A stretch of 64,000 bases of DNA from Escherichia phage FL23. How positions within the stretch are numbered: position 1 is the first letter of the stretch; each line of letters opens with the position of its first letter. Below, in pieces: positions 28,758-39,747 of the stretch. Position numbers and translations under genes: made by a program. A model generated the notes under the pieces. It was not told where the DNA came from. It worked only from the letters and a program-made list of their open reading frames with translations, and did not search any database. The DNA lies in the sequence record PP400787; one strand, given 5' to 3'.

Positions 28758-30086
28758 ATGCAACTGAATAATCGCGATTTAAAAAGTATCATTGATAATG
28801 AAGCATTGGCTTATGCTATGTACACGGTTGAAAATCGTGCTATCCCAAATATGATTGACGGATTTAAGCCAGTCCAACGATTTGTTATTGCTCGAGCTCT
28901 TGATTTGGCACGAGGAAATAAAGATAAGTTTCACAAACTTGCTTCTATTGCAGGTGGTGTAGCGGACCTTGGATATCATCATGGTGAAAACTCTGCGCAA
29001 GACGCAGGTGCTTTGATGGCTAACACTTGGAATAATAACTTTCCTCTGTTAGATGGTCAAGGAAACTTCGGTTCTCGTACCGTTCAAAAAGCAGCAGCAA
29101 GTCGTTATATTTTTGCTCGTGTAAGTAAAAATTTCTATAACGTATATAAAGATACTGAATATGCTCCGGTACATCAAGATAAAGAACACATTCCGCCTGC
29201 TTTCTATTTGCCTATTATTCCTACTGTTCTTCTTAATGGCGTTTCCGGTATTGCAACTGGTTATGCAACTTACATTCTTCCTCATAGTGTTTCTTCTGTC
29301 AAGAAAGCTGTACTACAAGCTCTTCAAGGAAAGAAAGTAACTAAACCGAAGGTAGAATTCCCAGAATTTCGTGGTGAAGTCGTTGAAATTGACGGTCAAT
29401 ATGAAATTCGTGGAACATACAAGTTTACTTCACGAACTCAAATGAATATCACTGAGATTCCATATAAGTATGATCGTGAAACTTATGTGAGTAAAATCTT
29501 AGACCCACTTGAAGATAAAGGCTTCATTACATGGGATGATGCTTGCGGTGAGCACGGTTTTGGATTCAAAGTTAAATTCCGCAAAGAATACTCTTTGAGC
29601 GATAACGAAGAAGAACGCCATGCAAAAATCATGAAAGACTTCGGGTTGATTGAGCGTCGTTCACAGAATATTACTGTTATTAATGAGAAAGGAAAGCTGC
29701 AAGTTTACGACAACGTAGTTGATTTAATTAAAGACTTCGTTGAAGTTCGTAAAACTTATGTCCAAAAACGAATTGATAACAAAATCAAAGAAACTGAATC
29801 AGCATTTCGTTTAGCCTTTGCCAAGGCGCATTTCATTAAGAAAGTAATTTCAGGTGAAATTGTTGTACAAGGTAAAACTCGCAAAGAACTGACCGAAGAA
29901 CTTTCTAAAATTGAGATGTATTCTTCTTATGTTGATAAACTAGTCGGAATGAATATTTTTCATATGACTTCTGATGAAGCAAAGAAACTTGCTGAAGAAG
30001 CTAAAGCTAAGAAAGAAGAAAACGAATATTGGAAAACTACTGATGTAGTTACCGAATACACTAAAGATTTAGAGGAAATCAAATGA
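28758..30086 (+). CDS. 52: DNA topoisomerase II medium subunit (GyrA-like), 442 aa
   Basis: Matches T4 gp52 as recalled. Confidence 0.93.
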   Translation: MQLNNRDLKSIIDNEALAYAMYTVENRAIPNMIDGFKPVQRFVIARALDLARGNKDKFHKLASIAGGVADLGYHHGENSAQDAGALMANTWNNNFPLLDGQGNFGSRTVQKAAASRYIFARVSKNFYNVYKDTEYAPVHQDKEHIPPAFYLPIIPTVLLNGVSGIATGYATYILPHSVSSVKKAVLQALQGKKVTKPKVEFPEFRGEVVEIDGQYEIRGTYKFTSRTQMNITEIPYKYDRETYVSKILDPLEDKGFITWDDACGEHGFGFKVKFRKEYSLSDNEEERHAKIMKDFGLIERRSQNITVINEKGKLQVYDNVVDLIKDFVEVRKTYVQKRIDNKIKETESAFRLAFAKAHFIKKVISGEIVVQGKTRKELTEELSKIEMYSSYVDKLVGMNIFHMTSDEAKKLAEEAKAKKEENEYWKTTDVVTEYTKDLEEIK

Positions 30087-30232
30087 GTCCATTCATTGGT
30101 ATTACAAGCGCGGCATTAGTATCTGGTAGCATTTTACTGGCGGGTTTAGGTGTTGTTCCAGCCGTAGCAGGAGGTCTTCTTGCGTTTGGAATTCAACGTG
30201 TTATCATGACAGTTATCACAGTCATGCAGTAA
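30083..30232 (+). CDS. small membrane peptide, 49 aa
   Basis: ATGA overlap with gene 52 stop; glycine/alanine-rich hydrophobic. Confidence 0.4.
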   Translation: MSPFIGITSAALVSGSILLAGLGVVPAVAGGLLAFGIQRVIMTVITVMQ

Positions 30233-30237
30233 TTTTA

Positions 30238-30266
30238 GGGAGAGCCTCGGCTCTCCCTTTTTTATT
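30238..30266 (+). terminator. intrinsic terminator
   Basis: gggagagcc-tcg-gctctccc followed by TTTTTTATTTT. Confidence 0.85.
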
Positions 30267-30290
30267 TTAAAATTTTTTTTTCACAAAACG

Positions 30291-30321
30291 GTTTACAACC
30301 AAAGCATACTGTGGTACTATA
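30291..30321 (+). promoter_or_regulatory. T4-type early promoter (copy 3)
   Basis: gtttacaaccaaagcatactgtggtactatacaactatcaactactgatacag. Confidence 0.65.
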
Positions 30322-30361
30322 CAACTATCAACTACTGATACAGAATTACGGAGATTAGAAA

Positions 30362-30997
30362 ATGTCTAAAGTAACTTACATCATCAAAGCTTCTAACGAT
30401 GTTCTGAATGAAAAAACTGCTGCGATTTTAATTACCATTGCTAAGAAAGATTTCATTACAGCTGCAGAAGTTCGTGAGGTGCATCCAGATTTAGGTAACG
30501 CAGTAGTTAATAGTAATATTGGGGTATTGATTAAAAAAGGCCTGGTGGAGAAATCTGGTGATGGATTAATCATTACAGGTGAAGCTCAGGATATCATTTC
30601 AAATGCAGCAACTTTATATGCGCAGGAAAACGCTCCAGAACTGCTGAAAAAACGAGCAACTCGTAAAGCTCGCGAAATTACTTCTGATATGGAAGAAGAT
30701 AAAGACTTCATGTTAAAACTTTTAGATGAAAATGGATTTGTTCTTAAAAAGGTTGAAACTTATCGTAGTAACTATCTCGCTATTTTAGAAAAACGCACTC
30801 ACGGAATTCGCAATTTTGAAATTAACAACAATGGAAATATGCGAATTTTTGGATACAAAATGATGGAACATCATATTCAGAAATTTACTGATATCGGAAT
30901 GTCATGCAAAATCGCTAAAAATGGTAATGTGTATCTTGACATTAAACGCTCGGCAGAAAACATTGAAGCAGTAATCACCGTAGCATCTGAACTGTGA
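30362..30997 (+). CDS. motA: MotA middle-transcription activator, 211 aa
   Basis: Matches T4 MotA as recalled. Confidence 0.92.
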   Translation: MSKVTYIIKASNDVLNEKTAAILITIAKKDFITAAEVREVHPDLGNAVVNSNIGVLIKKGLVEKSGDGLIITGEAQDIISNAATLYAQENAPELLKKRATRKAREITSDMEEDKDFMLKLLDENGFVLKKVETYRSNYLAILEKRTHGIRNFEINNNGNMRIFGYKMMEHHIQKFTDIGMSCKIAKNGNVYLDIKRSAENIEAVITVASEL

Positions 30998-31007
30998 GGA
31001 ATAAATA

Positions 31008-31337
31008 ATGAACAAGTTAGAAATTGTTAATGAACTTCGTCGTTGTGCAGAACCCACTCAAGAGGGGTGGGACATCTGGTATCATGGAGCTTATCTTGGA
31101 ACTATCGTAAAGATTAAGACTGGTAAATACATGATTATTCGTGAAAGTAAAGATGCTCCAGTAGGTATTCGCAATAATTTTATGGCAGCGATAAGTTCAT
31201 TTACGGATGCAGCTTACGAAATTTACCTTGCCGATTATAAAGAATTCCAGGAATCTCAACCGGTTATTCGTTCAATTGGTGTTAACAAAGCTCAGCAGAA
31301 AACTTTGTGGCAACGTATTAAAGGATGGTTTAAATGA
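31008..31337 (+). CDS. hypothetical protein, 109 aa
   Basis: ORF. Confidence 0.55.
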   Translation: MNKLEIVNELRRCAEPTQEGWDIWYHGAYLGTIVKIKTGKYMIIRESKDAPVGIRNNFMAAISSFTDAAYEIYLADYKEFQESQPVIRSIGVNKAQQKTLWQRIKGWFK

Positions 31338-31795
31338 ACCCATTTATTAATCGTTTAAAAATGCTGAATGTTCCTTTATCTCGTGAAACTCCAGAAAGTC
31401 TTGTTGAAAAATTTAAAGCGCATGGTTATAAATGCGCAGAAGAAGATATTCTGAAAGAAGTTCCTGAAATCTGTTGGCAGACTGCGTATTGGGATGAAAA
31501 CCAAAAGTATCAACGACGAATTGTCTGTGCAGCCAACCGTTTTAAATTAAAAGATGGACGAACTCTTATTATTCCAGGTGCTCGTCATTATTCTAAAGAT
31601 ATGGCAGAAGTTTTAGATGTAGTTAAACCCCAATTAGTTACTCAGCAAGTTTGTGATGATGACCAAGGGTTTATTGACCAATATAGTAATTATTGGACAC
31701 GTGAAGAAGCAATGATTATTGCAACTTATGCTGGACAAGTACGTATTGAACGTGGTGGTAGTGAAAAAGAACTTTACTCTGAGGACCTTTACTAA
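31334..31795 (+). CDS. hypothetical protein, 153 aa
   Basis: ORF; ATGA overlap. Confidence 0.55.
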   Translation: MNPFINRLKMLNVPLSRETPESLVEKFKAHGYKCAEEDILKEVPEICWQTAYWDENQKYQRRIVCAANRFKLKDGRTLIIPGARHYSKDMAEVLDVVKPQLVTQQVCDDDQGFIDQYSNYWTREEAMIIATYAGQVRIERGGSEKELYSEDLY

Positions 31796-32091
31796 TGAAT
31801 ATTAAAAAGTTTCAAATTGATGGAATTATGAATCAAATTCAGGCGCTGGAATATGCCAATAAAATGATGTCAACTAAATGGGGAATTTATGCCAATGAAC
31901 CAGCATTTCAGTTCTGTAATATGGAATTCACTAAAAAGCTCGTAGGAAAAGATTATGTATGTCCATTTAGTTCTCCAGCAAATGGAATGCTAAAACCTGC
32001 TCTACGCGATCTTTATATTGCGATGAACGAAGAAATGATAAAAGAGCTAAAACGTCAACTGAAGGTGATTCAATTTGGCCAGGGAAATTAA
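31795..32091 (+). CDS. hypothetical protein, 98 aa
   Basis: ORF. Confidence 0.5.
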   Translation: MNIKKFQIDGIMNQIQALEYANKMMSTKWGIYANEPAFQFCNMEFTKKLVGKDYVCPFSSPANGMLKPALRDLYIAMNEEMIKELKRQLKVIQFGQGN

Positions 32092-32293
32092 TTCAAAATC
32101 CGATTATTTTAACTCTCTCAATGATAAAGATAAAAATCTAATACGGCATTTTATTGTTGAGATGGGATATACCGATACACGCGATTTAAGAGAACATATA
32201 TTTGAATGTGGTGTAGCTAAAAAGTTTTCATTCACATGCAAATGTTTAAGAGAGGTAATTCAGCACTATGAACAATTTAGTCGCAAAACATAA
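32075..32293 (+). CDS. hypothetical protein, 72 aa
   Basis: ORF. Confidence 0.45.
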   Translation: MAREINSKSDYFNSLNDKDKNLIRHFIVEMGYTDTRDLREHIFECGVAKKFSFTCKCLREVIQHYEQFSRKT

Positions 32294-32376
32294 TTTTAAT
32301 AAAGCTTCTGTTCATAAGGATAAGAAGAAAGCGTTTAAAGAATCTAATCGCAAACAGAAACATAAGGGGAAGGTCT

Positions 32377-32655
32377 ATGATTATTGATTCTCAATCCGTG
32401 GTTCAATACACAATCAAAATTGATATTCTAGAAAAGCTATATAAGTTTCTACCAAACCTATACCATTCAATTGTTAATGAATTAGTTGAAGAACTACATC
32501 TTGAGAATAATGATTTCTTAATTGGAACTTATAAAGACCTCTCAAAAGCAGGATATTTCTACGTAATTCCAGCTCCAGGAAAAAGTATTGATGATGTATT
32601 AAAAACTATAATGATTTATGTCCATGATTATGAAATTGAAGATTATTTCGAATGA
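32377..32655 (+). CDS. acidic 92-aa protein, candidate Arn (anti-restriction DNA mimic)
   Basis: 92 aa, acidic, located between motA and asiA where I recall T4 arn. Confidence 0.4.
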   Translation: MIIDSQSVVQYTIKIDILEKLYKFLPNLYHSIVNELVEELHLENNDFLIGTYKDLSKAGYFYVIPAPGKSIDDVLKTIMIYVHDYEIEDYFE

Positions 32656-32804
32656 GTCATAATCTTGAAAAGGTAATCGAGCATAATGTAGCTCAGGAAC
32701 GTAAGTCGTTCAAGGAATTCGTAGAAAAAATTTTTGAAGAAAATAACACAGACCAGTTTACAAATCAAGCGTCTGATGATATTATAACAAAGTCAACTAA
32801 TTGA
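32652..32804 (+). CDS. hypothetical protein, 50 aa
   Basis: Found by reading; ATGA overlap. Confidence 0.35.
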   Translation: MSHNLEKVIEHNVAQERKSFKEFVEKIFEENNTDQFTNQASDDIITKSTN

Positions 32805-32816
32805 GTGGTATAGTTA

Positions 32817-33089
32817 ATGAATAAAAACATTGATACAGTTCGTGAAATTATTACTGTTGCGTCTATTTTGATTAAATTTTCCAGAGAAGATATTGTTGAG
32901 AATCGTGCTAATTTTATTGCATTTCTGAATGAGATTGGAGTAACGCATGAAGGTAGAAAATTAAATCAGAATTCATTCCGTAAAATTGTTTCTGAATTAA
33001 CTCAAGAAGATAAGAAAACCCTCATCGACGAATTCAACGAGGGTTTTGAGGGTGTATATCGATATCTAGAGATGTATACGAACAAATAA
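32817..33089 (+). CDS. asiA: AsiA anti-sigma-70 factor, 90 aa
   Basis: Matches T4 AsiA as recalled. Confidence 0.92.
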   Translation: MNKNIDTVREIITVASILIKFSREDIVENRANFIAFLNEIGVTHEGRKLNQNSFRKIVSELTQEDKKTLIDEFNEGFEGVYRYLEMYTNK

Positions 33090-33746
33090 TTATTTAGCCC
33101 TTCCTAATATTCTGGCCGCCTGAGCACATATTGATTCAAGGCGGTCATTACTTATATGATCATTTCTATACCAGTACATGGTTATCGTTCCAGCATAGAT
33201 ATTATCCAAATTAAAATATGGACAACTGTACATGTAGTTTATTTCGGGAGTAGGCTTTTTAGTTGGTAAAAAAGCAAATTTTGAGTTGGAATAATAATGA
33301 CGTCCATTTAAATGAACTGCATATTCATCCATAGTTTTATCAACAGGATATCCTCCAAGTGATTTTTCACTTATTGTTGAAGGTAATTTTCCTTCATATG
33401 CTATAATATCAACAAAATAGTTTAAGTTTTTAGGGCGGAAAGAATACACCGCACTAAAGTCTGCCTCAGATGATATATGAACTATCTGGAGTTGTTCCAG
33501 GGCGACAGATTCAAAGCGTGCATTTCTTTCCTTTTCAATAATTTCACTGTATGTTTCATACTTTGATTGCTTGTAGTACTCAAAGAAACTATCTCCCCTA
33601 TACCAAACAATCGCCATTATAAACAAAAGAATTACGACAGCTACCCGGGAAGCAAGAACTTTCCCGGTAGCGTTATCTTTGAACAAGCGATCTAGAACAC
33701 CAAACAGAATATCAGAGGGCGAAAATGATATTCTAGGTGCTGCCAT
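33090..33746 (-). CDS. t: Holin T, 218 aa
   Basis: Matches T4 holin as recalled; single TMD near N-terminus. Confidence 0.92.
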   Translation of the reverse strand: MAAPRISFSPSDILFGVLDRLFKDNATGKVLASRVAVVILLFIMAIVWYRGDSFFEYYKQSKYETYSEIIEKERNARFESVALEQLQIVHISSEADFSAVYSFRPKNLNYFVDIIAYEGKLPSTISEKSLGGYPVDKTMDEYAVHLNGRHYYSNSKFAFLPTKKPTPEINYMYSCPYFNLDNIYAGTITMYWYRNDHISNDRLESICAQAARILGRAK

Positions 33747-33776
33747 AGACCCTCCTTTTAAGGATATTTATTCAAA

Positions 33777-34553
33777 TTATACTCTTGGACCATATATTGC
33801 TCCAACATTTATCCACGTTGGAGCAGACCCTATAACAGCATAACCAGCAGCGCCGCCATTATATTCAGATCCTTGACCGCGAATATTGCATCTACCTCCC
33901 GCGGAACCTACTTCACCACCGTTTCCGCCGTTATAGATACCATTCACGGATCCTGAGCCAGGTGCAGAAATAGTACCACCAGTCGCGCCTGATTGCATAT
34001 CAATAGATCCGCCTGGCGCACCAAAAGGACGACCGCCACCGCCGCCAAAGGTCAATCTCATTTGTGAAAAAGGAGAATAATATCCGCCGCCACCGCCGCC
34101 GCCACCGCCTGCAATAGCTCCACCATTATTAATTCTTAGTCTCCCACCAATATCGTTTTGAATACAATGACCTCCAGCTGAGCCAGGACTATTGCTACCG
34201 CCATTCCCGCCACGACCATACATCGTTACGCCGTGTATATTTAACTGAACATATTCATTCGGTGTATCTCCGTACATGAAGAATAAAGGAACATCTTTAG
34301 AATATGATACTAAATCTCCAGTGATATTAAACACTATAGGTGCACTACCTGCCTCAAAACATCTATCTCGGAACCATTGACCATTGAAGTTATGGTCTGC
34401 TCCAAGCGTGTGAATTACTTCAACAGATCGACCTATCATATTACTCATCCAAAATGGAATTCCCATTCTCAATCTCTGCGCGGCACCACCCATCCAAGGG
34501 TCTCCAGTTTGTACCCTCGCAGACCATCCTACCCACGGTCCTTCAACTGCCAT
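33777..34553 (-). CDS. 38: gp38 long-tail-fibre tip adhesin, T2-type with glycine-rich segments, 258 aa (alternative start 34583)
   Basis: Poly-Gly tracts ([23 protein letters not shown]) separating variable segments; GGAGG RBS before ATG 34553. Confidence 0.85.
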   Translation of the reverse strand: MAVEGPWVGWSARVQTGDPWMGGAAQRLRMGIPFWMSNMIGRSVEVIHTLGADHNFNGQWFRDRCFEAGSAPIVFNITGDLVSYSKDVPLFFMYGDTPNEYVQLNIHGVTMYGRGGNGGSNSPGSAGGHCIQNDIGGRLRINNGGAIAGGGGGGGGGYYSPFSQMRLTFGGGGGRPFGAPGGSIDMQSGATGGTISAPGSGSVNGIYNGGNGGEVGSAGGRCNIRGQGSEYNGGAAGYAVIGSAPTWINVGAIYGPRV

Positions 34554-34584
34554 ATAAACCTCCAAGGGGCCGAAGCCCCTCATT

Positions 34585-37500
34585 TTATTTTAACAATGAT
34601 TTGACTAATTTTTTAAGCTCTTCAATCTCTGACTTAAGTTCCGCAATTTCTGTAGTATGTTCATTTATTGCAGCTGTATTTAAACCAATTACACCGTTAT
34701 AGTTCAAACGAAGTAAAGCTTCGCCATCAGGGTCACCTTCAACTAATTCTGGTAAAATAGCTTGAACTTCTTGGGCTATCAAACCGGCGTTAGGTTCCCA
34801 TTTCTGATTGCCTTCTTCGTCCGTTCCACGTTTCTGCATATAAGTGTAACCGTTAATTTTAGAAAGCTTCTGAGAAGCATTTTCAAATTTAACAAGGTCT
34901 TTTTTAACACGAATATCAGAACGGACATAAACATCACGGACAAACGTTGAATAACTATCATTTGCCTGAACGAGATGCCCATGAGAAACGATAGCTCTTC
35001 CAACTTCTGTCCAAAAAGCACCGGTTGAATCCCAAAGCCCAGGATGAGATTGATAGCCTGCTCCCCAGTTTGCAATATGTACACCATTGGCAACCATGTT
35101 AATTCGCCCATCACCACCATGAACTAATCCGGTATCATTATCACCAATAACAAGACATGGTCCAGTCCACGCCGGGTCACCACCGCCAGCCGATAATCTT
35201 GCTCCGGCTTTAACCATGTCAGGAACGTACATGTTTCCATTATAGTGGAATTCGAAGATAGCTTGTGGGTCGGAACCGTTTTCCTGATTACCTACACGAA
35301 TAATACCTTGTGCCCAGTTATTAGGAATGCGTCGCATACCAAAATCAACACCAGATACGTATCCTTCATTCGTAATAACAGATTTTCCTTTGATAATTGG
35401 ATAATAACTATCATTACCGACGTAGCCAAAATCCACAAATATCGGAGCTTCCTGGCGCCATTGATTTCCCCAATCGCCGGCCTGGTGACTGGTCCAGACA
35501 GAGCCATTAATAAAAAGTCGGTCCCTATTAAAATTAAAAGTGGCAGACCCTTCCGGGTTTAAAGCAATATCACCACCATTATTAACATATATGCCTGATC
35601 TATTTTGGAAACTATAAAACGATATGGCATTATCAGCACCACCATTACCTACATACCAGTTATCAACGCCTGCTTTTTGTCCTTTCAAATAGCCAGATTC
35701 GGTTGCCGCGCTATTAATAACGATGGCATCAGAGTTTGCATTAAGAGTTAAGCGACCTGTCAGCGTATCGCCTTCTTTTGAAACACGGCTATAGACAGCA
35801 CCAAGAAGATTGGTTATATCACCGGAAGAATTAAACGTTTTCCAGATATCAGACCAGATGTTACCATTGCGACCAATAGTAGCTTCACCACCACCAACCT
35901 GGACATTATCAGGGAAGTTAACAGTACCGTCTTGATTAAAACGAGACGTATGGCCTTGTGATCCATCTTCTTTCAGATGATGAATAACGAATGTACCCGA
36001 ATTAATTTCAGTACCTAAAGACCAAACGGCTTTACCGTTTAAAAACTTCTGTTTAACAATAGGATAATATTTGCTTACAGCATCATCATCGATTTCCTGG
36101 AAAATAGGAGCCGCTTGAACATATTGAATATCATAACCACCAGCGCCTGCGCCATGACCAGTAAATTTAATATAGCCGTTTGCTGCGAACGTATTGTAAC
36201 TTGATTGTAAATCTGGAATAGTAACTTTACCAGTATCTAAAGCCATACTAAACGGGCGAAGTGGACCGATATCACCATTTTTACCTTCACCATAAGCAGT
36301 TGGAATAATATGAAGACTTCCTTCTGAACGTCTAAAAATAGCTCCATAATCTGCATTCCAAATGCGAAGAGCATTCACTGCTCCAGATGAAATTTCGCCT
36401 GTTGTGTGAACTCCCCTATTTCCAGCAGTAACACCAGATGATTCAAATGAACCGTTAACGTTCATTTCTACTTCACCTGTTGTAAGTCTTTGAATATAGC
36501 TCATCCAACTAGTTGCATCAGAAATTTCCATGACATTTTTACGATTACCTACACTAGGATTAGTAAACGTATTACCCCAAACAGAAATTGTCATATTATC
36601 AACTGAACTACTACCAGTTGTGTTACCTCTAAACAACAGTGTAGAAGCATTATTTATACCATCGATATTAACAGAACCACCAATAACGTCAATATTACCA
36701 GGAGTAACTAACAAACCGCCATGAGTATTAATGTTTGTAGTACCCTTACCACGGAAATAGTGATGATAATTACCGCCTTGATAATATCCTAAAAGAGTCT
36801 GACCATCTCCAAACGCGTTATTATCGTGGTATGTCACTACAGTAGCAAGAGCATAATTTTCAGTTGGAGGAGTAGTTAAATCGGTTCCGTTAGTAGAATA
36901 TCCAGCTACAAATTTTCTTAGGCTAGTTGTTTCGCTTGGACTAAATAAAAACGTTTTTGTGCCATTGTTAACACTGAAATAATATCCGTCTTGATGCCAT
37001 TTAAATCCAGTATCATTATCTCCTAAAGCAATTGAGGACGTTCCTAATTCAGAATATCCTTTAGGGCCGCCTGGGGTGCCTATAGAAATAGAATGACCCG
37101 CTTTCAATCCACCGGACCATGTAAACGACCAAAGATAAGCGTCAAGTCCATCACCTGCATACCAAGTTATCCCATCATTGTCTTTAACCTCATGAAAAAT
37201 ACCTGCACCTACGGCATTACGCATGACACGAAGATGATTAATAGCAGTAGTGCTTTCAGATAATGGGGTGTTATTTGCTAATGAATAGATATCATAATCT
37301 CCTGCCTTCTTCCCGTTTGTAATAACTTTGTCGGTCAGAATTTGTGGAGACGAAATAGATTTCCATGCTGATACTTCAGGTGAAGTAAATAGGCCACTGC
37401 CTGAAAATGCATAAGTGCTTTCGCTACCAGCGGCGTAGTCTTGAACCCTGATATTAAGTACTTGTGTAGTTAAACCATCATTAGCCGGGGAATAAATGAT

Positions 37501-37896
37501 TCCACGTTCGCGACTATTGCCATCGAAAAAACGAACATGCGCTGTACCTGAACTTTTTGTAATAAGTTCTCCGCCTTCAGTCATAATCTGCCCAGCAGCA
37601 ATAATATCGCGAGTTACTCGAGCAATACCAGTTAAATTAAAATTACCAGTCTGAGTGAAGGTGCCATCTAAAGTATAATCGCCAGTTTGGTTATAATTGC
37701 CTGTATGAATAACATTCCCGTCAATACTACCGCCTTTAGCAAAACCCAGATCAATAATATTTCCTTGGTCATCTTTAGTAAAAAGTACACGGTCTTTTAA
37801 GTTTATAGCCAATTCACCTTCGGCTAATACTGAAGCGGCAGGACGTGCTCCTGCAGTTTTGCTTCTTTTAAATTGTATTTGTTTTAAAGTAGCCAT
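34585..37896 (-). CDS. 37: gp37 long tail fibre distal subunit, 1103 aa, with C-terminal intramolecular chaperone-like domain
   Basis: Position and size; C-terminus SDIRVKKDL...GLIAQEVQ resembles S74-type self-cleaving chaperone domains. Confidence 0.88.
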   Translation of the reverse strand: MATLKQIQFKRSKTAGARPAASVLAEGELAINLKDRVLFTKDDQGNIIDLGFAKGGSIDGNVIHTGNYNQTGDYTLDGTFTQTGNFNLTGIARVTRDIIAAGQIMTEGGELITKSSGTAHVRFFDGNSRERGIIYSPANDGLTTQVLNIRVQDYAAGSESTYAFSGSGLFTSPEVSAWKSISSPQILTDKVITNGKKAGDYDIYSLANNTPLSESTTAINHLRVMRNAVGAGIFHEVKDNDGITWYAGDGLDAYLWSFTWSGGLKAGHSISIGTPGGPKGYSELGTSSIALGDNDTGFKWHQDGYYFSVNNGTKTFLFSPSETTSLRKFVAGYSTNGTDLTTPPTENYALATVVTYHDNNAFGDGQTLLGYYQGGNYHHYFRGKGTTNINTHGGLLVTPGNIDVIGGSVNIDGINNASTLLFRGNTTGSSSVDNMTISVWGNTFTNPSVGNRKNVMEISDATSWMSYIQRLTTGEVEMNVNGSFESSGVTAGNRGVHTTGEISSGAVNALRIWNADYGAIFRRSEGSLHIIPTAYGEGKNGDIGPLRPFSMALDTGKVTIPDLQSSYNTFAANGYIKFTGHGAGAGGYDIQYVQAAPIFQEIDDDAVSKYYPIVKQKFLNGKAVWSLGTEINSGTFVIHHLKEDGSQGHTSRFNQDGTVNFPDNVQVGGGEATIGRNGNIWSDIWKTFNSSGDITNLLGAVYSRVSKEGDTLTGRLTLNANSDAIVINSAATESGYLKGQKAGVDNWYVGNGGADNAISFYSFQNRSGIYVNNGGDIALNPEGSATFNFNRDRLFINGSVWTSHQAGDWGNQWRQEAPIFVDFGYVGNDSYYPIIKGKSVITNEGYVSGVDFGMRRIPNNWAQGIIRVGNQENGSDPQAIFEFHYNGNMYVPDMVKAGARLSAGGGDPAWTGPCLVIGDNDTGLVHGGDGRINMVANGVHIANWGAGYQSHPGLWDSTGAFWTEVGRAIVSHGHLVQANDSYSTFVRDVYVRSDIRVKKDLVKFENASQKLSKINGYTYMQKRGTDEEGNQKWEPNAGLIAQEVQAILPELVEGDPDGEALLRLNYNGVIGLNTAAINEHTTEIAELKSEIEELKKLVKSLLK

Positions 37897-37904
37897 AAGT
37901 CCTC

Positions 37905-38561
37905 TTAATAATAGCCGAAATCTTGAACAGAATCCTTAATAACAATTTGATCAAATCGTGGAACATGTGAGGGTTGAGATGCAGGATTCTGTGAAAAAAG
38001 GTTTGGCGCAGTTAAATTTCCTGTCATAGTGTCTCCAGAGCGTAATACCCTAGAGTTTGCGTTTGCTGTAACAATATTTATTGCTCCATCAACATAATCT
38101 TTCCGCGTAAGGTCATAATTATTTACTGGTGATAACGAAGTTACACGGATTTGTGATGCTTCAATTACACCCTTTGAGCTAATATCTCCATTTCGCGTGT
38201 TAATTACTACAGTTCTACCTGCTGTTCCTTGTGATGATTTAAAACCAATACCATACCACGAAACAATATCCATATTTGTAGTATCATACGTGGCACTATC
38301 ACCAGGACCAGCAAAAATACCATTATCACCTGACCCTGCGCCAGGAACAGTCATTCCTTTATTAAAAATTACTTTATTTAAATAAGTACCACCATTAGCT
38401 TTAGAAACGAAATCGTTATCAGCAGCTTGCGGTTTATTGTATTCTGAATATATTTTAAATGATTTATAGAGTACATCGTCACCGGCTGGATTCAATGGAA
38501 AATTTCCTTGATGCCAAATGACAGAGCCTCCGGTTGTTGAACCTACTTTTAAATCAGCCAT
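37905..38561 (-). CDS. 36: gp36 long tail fibre hinge connector, 218 aa
   Basis: Position and size as T4 gene 36. Confidence 0.85.
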   Translation of the reverse strand: MADLKVGSTTGGSVIWHQGNFPLNPAGDDVLYKSFKIYSEYNKPQAADNDFVSKANGGTYLNKVIFNKGMTVPGAGSGDNGIFAGPGDSATYDTTNMDIVSWYGIGFKSSQGTAGRTVVINTRNGDISSKGVIEASQIRVTSLSPVNNYDLTRKDYVDGAINIVTANANSRVLRSGDTMTGNLTAPNLFSQNPASQPSHVPRFDQIVIKDSVQDFGYY

Positions 38562-38584
38562 TGTATGCCCCTTTATTTTAATAG

Positions 38585-38592
38585 TATTTATA
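38585..38592 (-). promoter_or_regulatory. late promoter TATAAATA upstream of gene 36
   Basis: Reverse complement tatttata ~25 nt before gene 36 start; preceded by hairpin after gene 35. Confidence 0.6.
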
Positions 38593-38623
38593 AAGAAAAA
38601 GGGAACCCGAAGGCTCCCTCAAT

Positions 38624-39739
38624 TTAAACTTCTCTAAATTCTTGTCCAAACACTTTACCAGTTTTAGACGATGCTTGTGTAGGAAGTACCATTATATCTG
38701 GAGGTGAAGCAGATTCACAGACATAATTAACGCGAATACCGTTGACGCCAAATTCAGCAGGTTTTGAAATGCCGCCATTTCTTGATACTTCAGAAAAGCT
38801 TAAATTTCTCATGCCTCCTTGACCTGCTTGGGCAGTTCTTTGTGCATATATCGTAAATCCTACCGCATTTTCAGGAACAACTACATAGTCTTCCTTTAAT
38901 TCCCATGACCCAGCTTGACCAGTAAACTCAGCATGTGTTGAAGAAATATATCCATCCGATTCATTATAAAATCTAATGGATATATTCGTAGTTCCAAGAG
39001 CAAGTAAATCAGCATCAGCATATAGTTGTGCTTTAAGATAAAGAACATCGCCTGGAATTAAATTATAATCAGATAATTTACTTATAGCAGCTGAAGTTGG
39101 TAGACGCGCAATTTCGTTATTAGTTCCACCAACCGCTGACATAAACTGCTCAACGCTTTCATATGTTCTTCTTGGAAACCCGGTAGCTCCGACGTCTTCT
39201 AAACTGTCAAATACAACATCTAAAATAGTTTGATAATCATCCGTGCTTTTTCTGTTGCTCAGTTTAACATGCTCTAATGCGATAGCTCTTTTAGAAGAAG
39301 TGTAAAAAGCAGCATATGATACATCAAATCTTGACAATACAGAGTCAGATGGAAAAGCAGACGTTCCTGCTGTTCTTAACCAAGATACTACTTCAGGAGG
39401 AAAATTAACCTTTCCGCTAGTTAATATAGCAACAATTCTATTATTCGTCAAAGAATTCATGAAACTAACAAAAGCGGCTGATGTAGTATCATTTGAAGTA
39501 GAAAAAGCATATGACTTACTATCAACTAATGCTCCTGTAGAGGGATCAAAAACTCTTAAATGAAGACCTGCGCTAAATGTTTGATTTCCTACAGGATTAT
39601 CCTGAAATTTAACATATGGTCCTGCGGTAGAAAGCGGGCAAGAACCCGCTATACTTATTTTGTATCTTACTGAATTGCTTTCCGATAAAAATGGCGTTTG
39701 GACATATCCTTGTCCAAACTCTGCCATAAATTTTTCCAT
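38624..39739 (-). CDS. 35: gp35 long tail fibre hinge protein, 371 aa
   Basis: Position and size as T4 gene 35. Confidence 0.85.
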   Translation of the reverse strand: MEKFMAEFGQGYVQTPFLSESNSVRYKISIAGSCPLSTAGPYVKFQDNPVGNQTFSAGLHLRVFDPSTGALVDSKSYAFSTSNDTTSAAFVSFMNSLTNNRIVAILTSGKVNFPPEVVSWLRTAGTSAFPSDSVLSRFDVSYAAFYTSSKRAIALEHVKLSNRKSTDDYQTILDVVFDSLEDVGATGFPRRTYESVEQFMSAVGGTNNEIARLPTSAAISKLSDYNLIPGDVLYLKAQLYADADLLALGTTNISIRFYNESDGYISSTHAEFTGQAGSWELKEDYVVVPENAVGFTIYAQRTAQAGQGGMRNLSFSEVSRNGGISKPAEFGVNGIRVNYVCESASPPDIMVLPTQASSKTGKVFGQEFREV

Positions 39740-39747
39740 AATACCTC

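Noticed and set aside
33747-33776. Late promoter for holin t
   Set aside because: Only a one-mismatch match (AATAAATA) to TATAAATA on the - strand; too weak to call without transcript data
33900-34200. GGC/GCC-rich repeats that look like simple-sequence repeats
   Set aside because: They encode the polyglycine tracts of the gp38 adhesin and are coding, not a repeat array
34377-35562. Several 60-113-aa ORFs on both strands overlapping tail-fibre genes
   Set aside because: All are alternative frames inside gp37/gp38, which are supported by length, position and motifs
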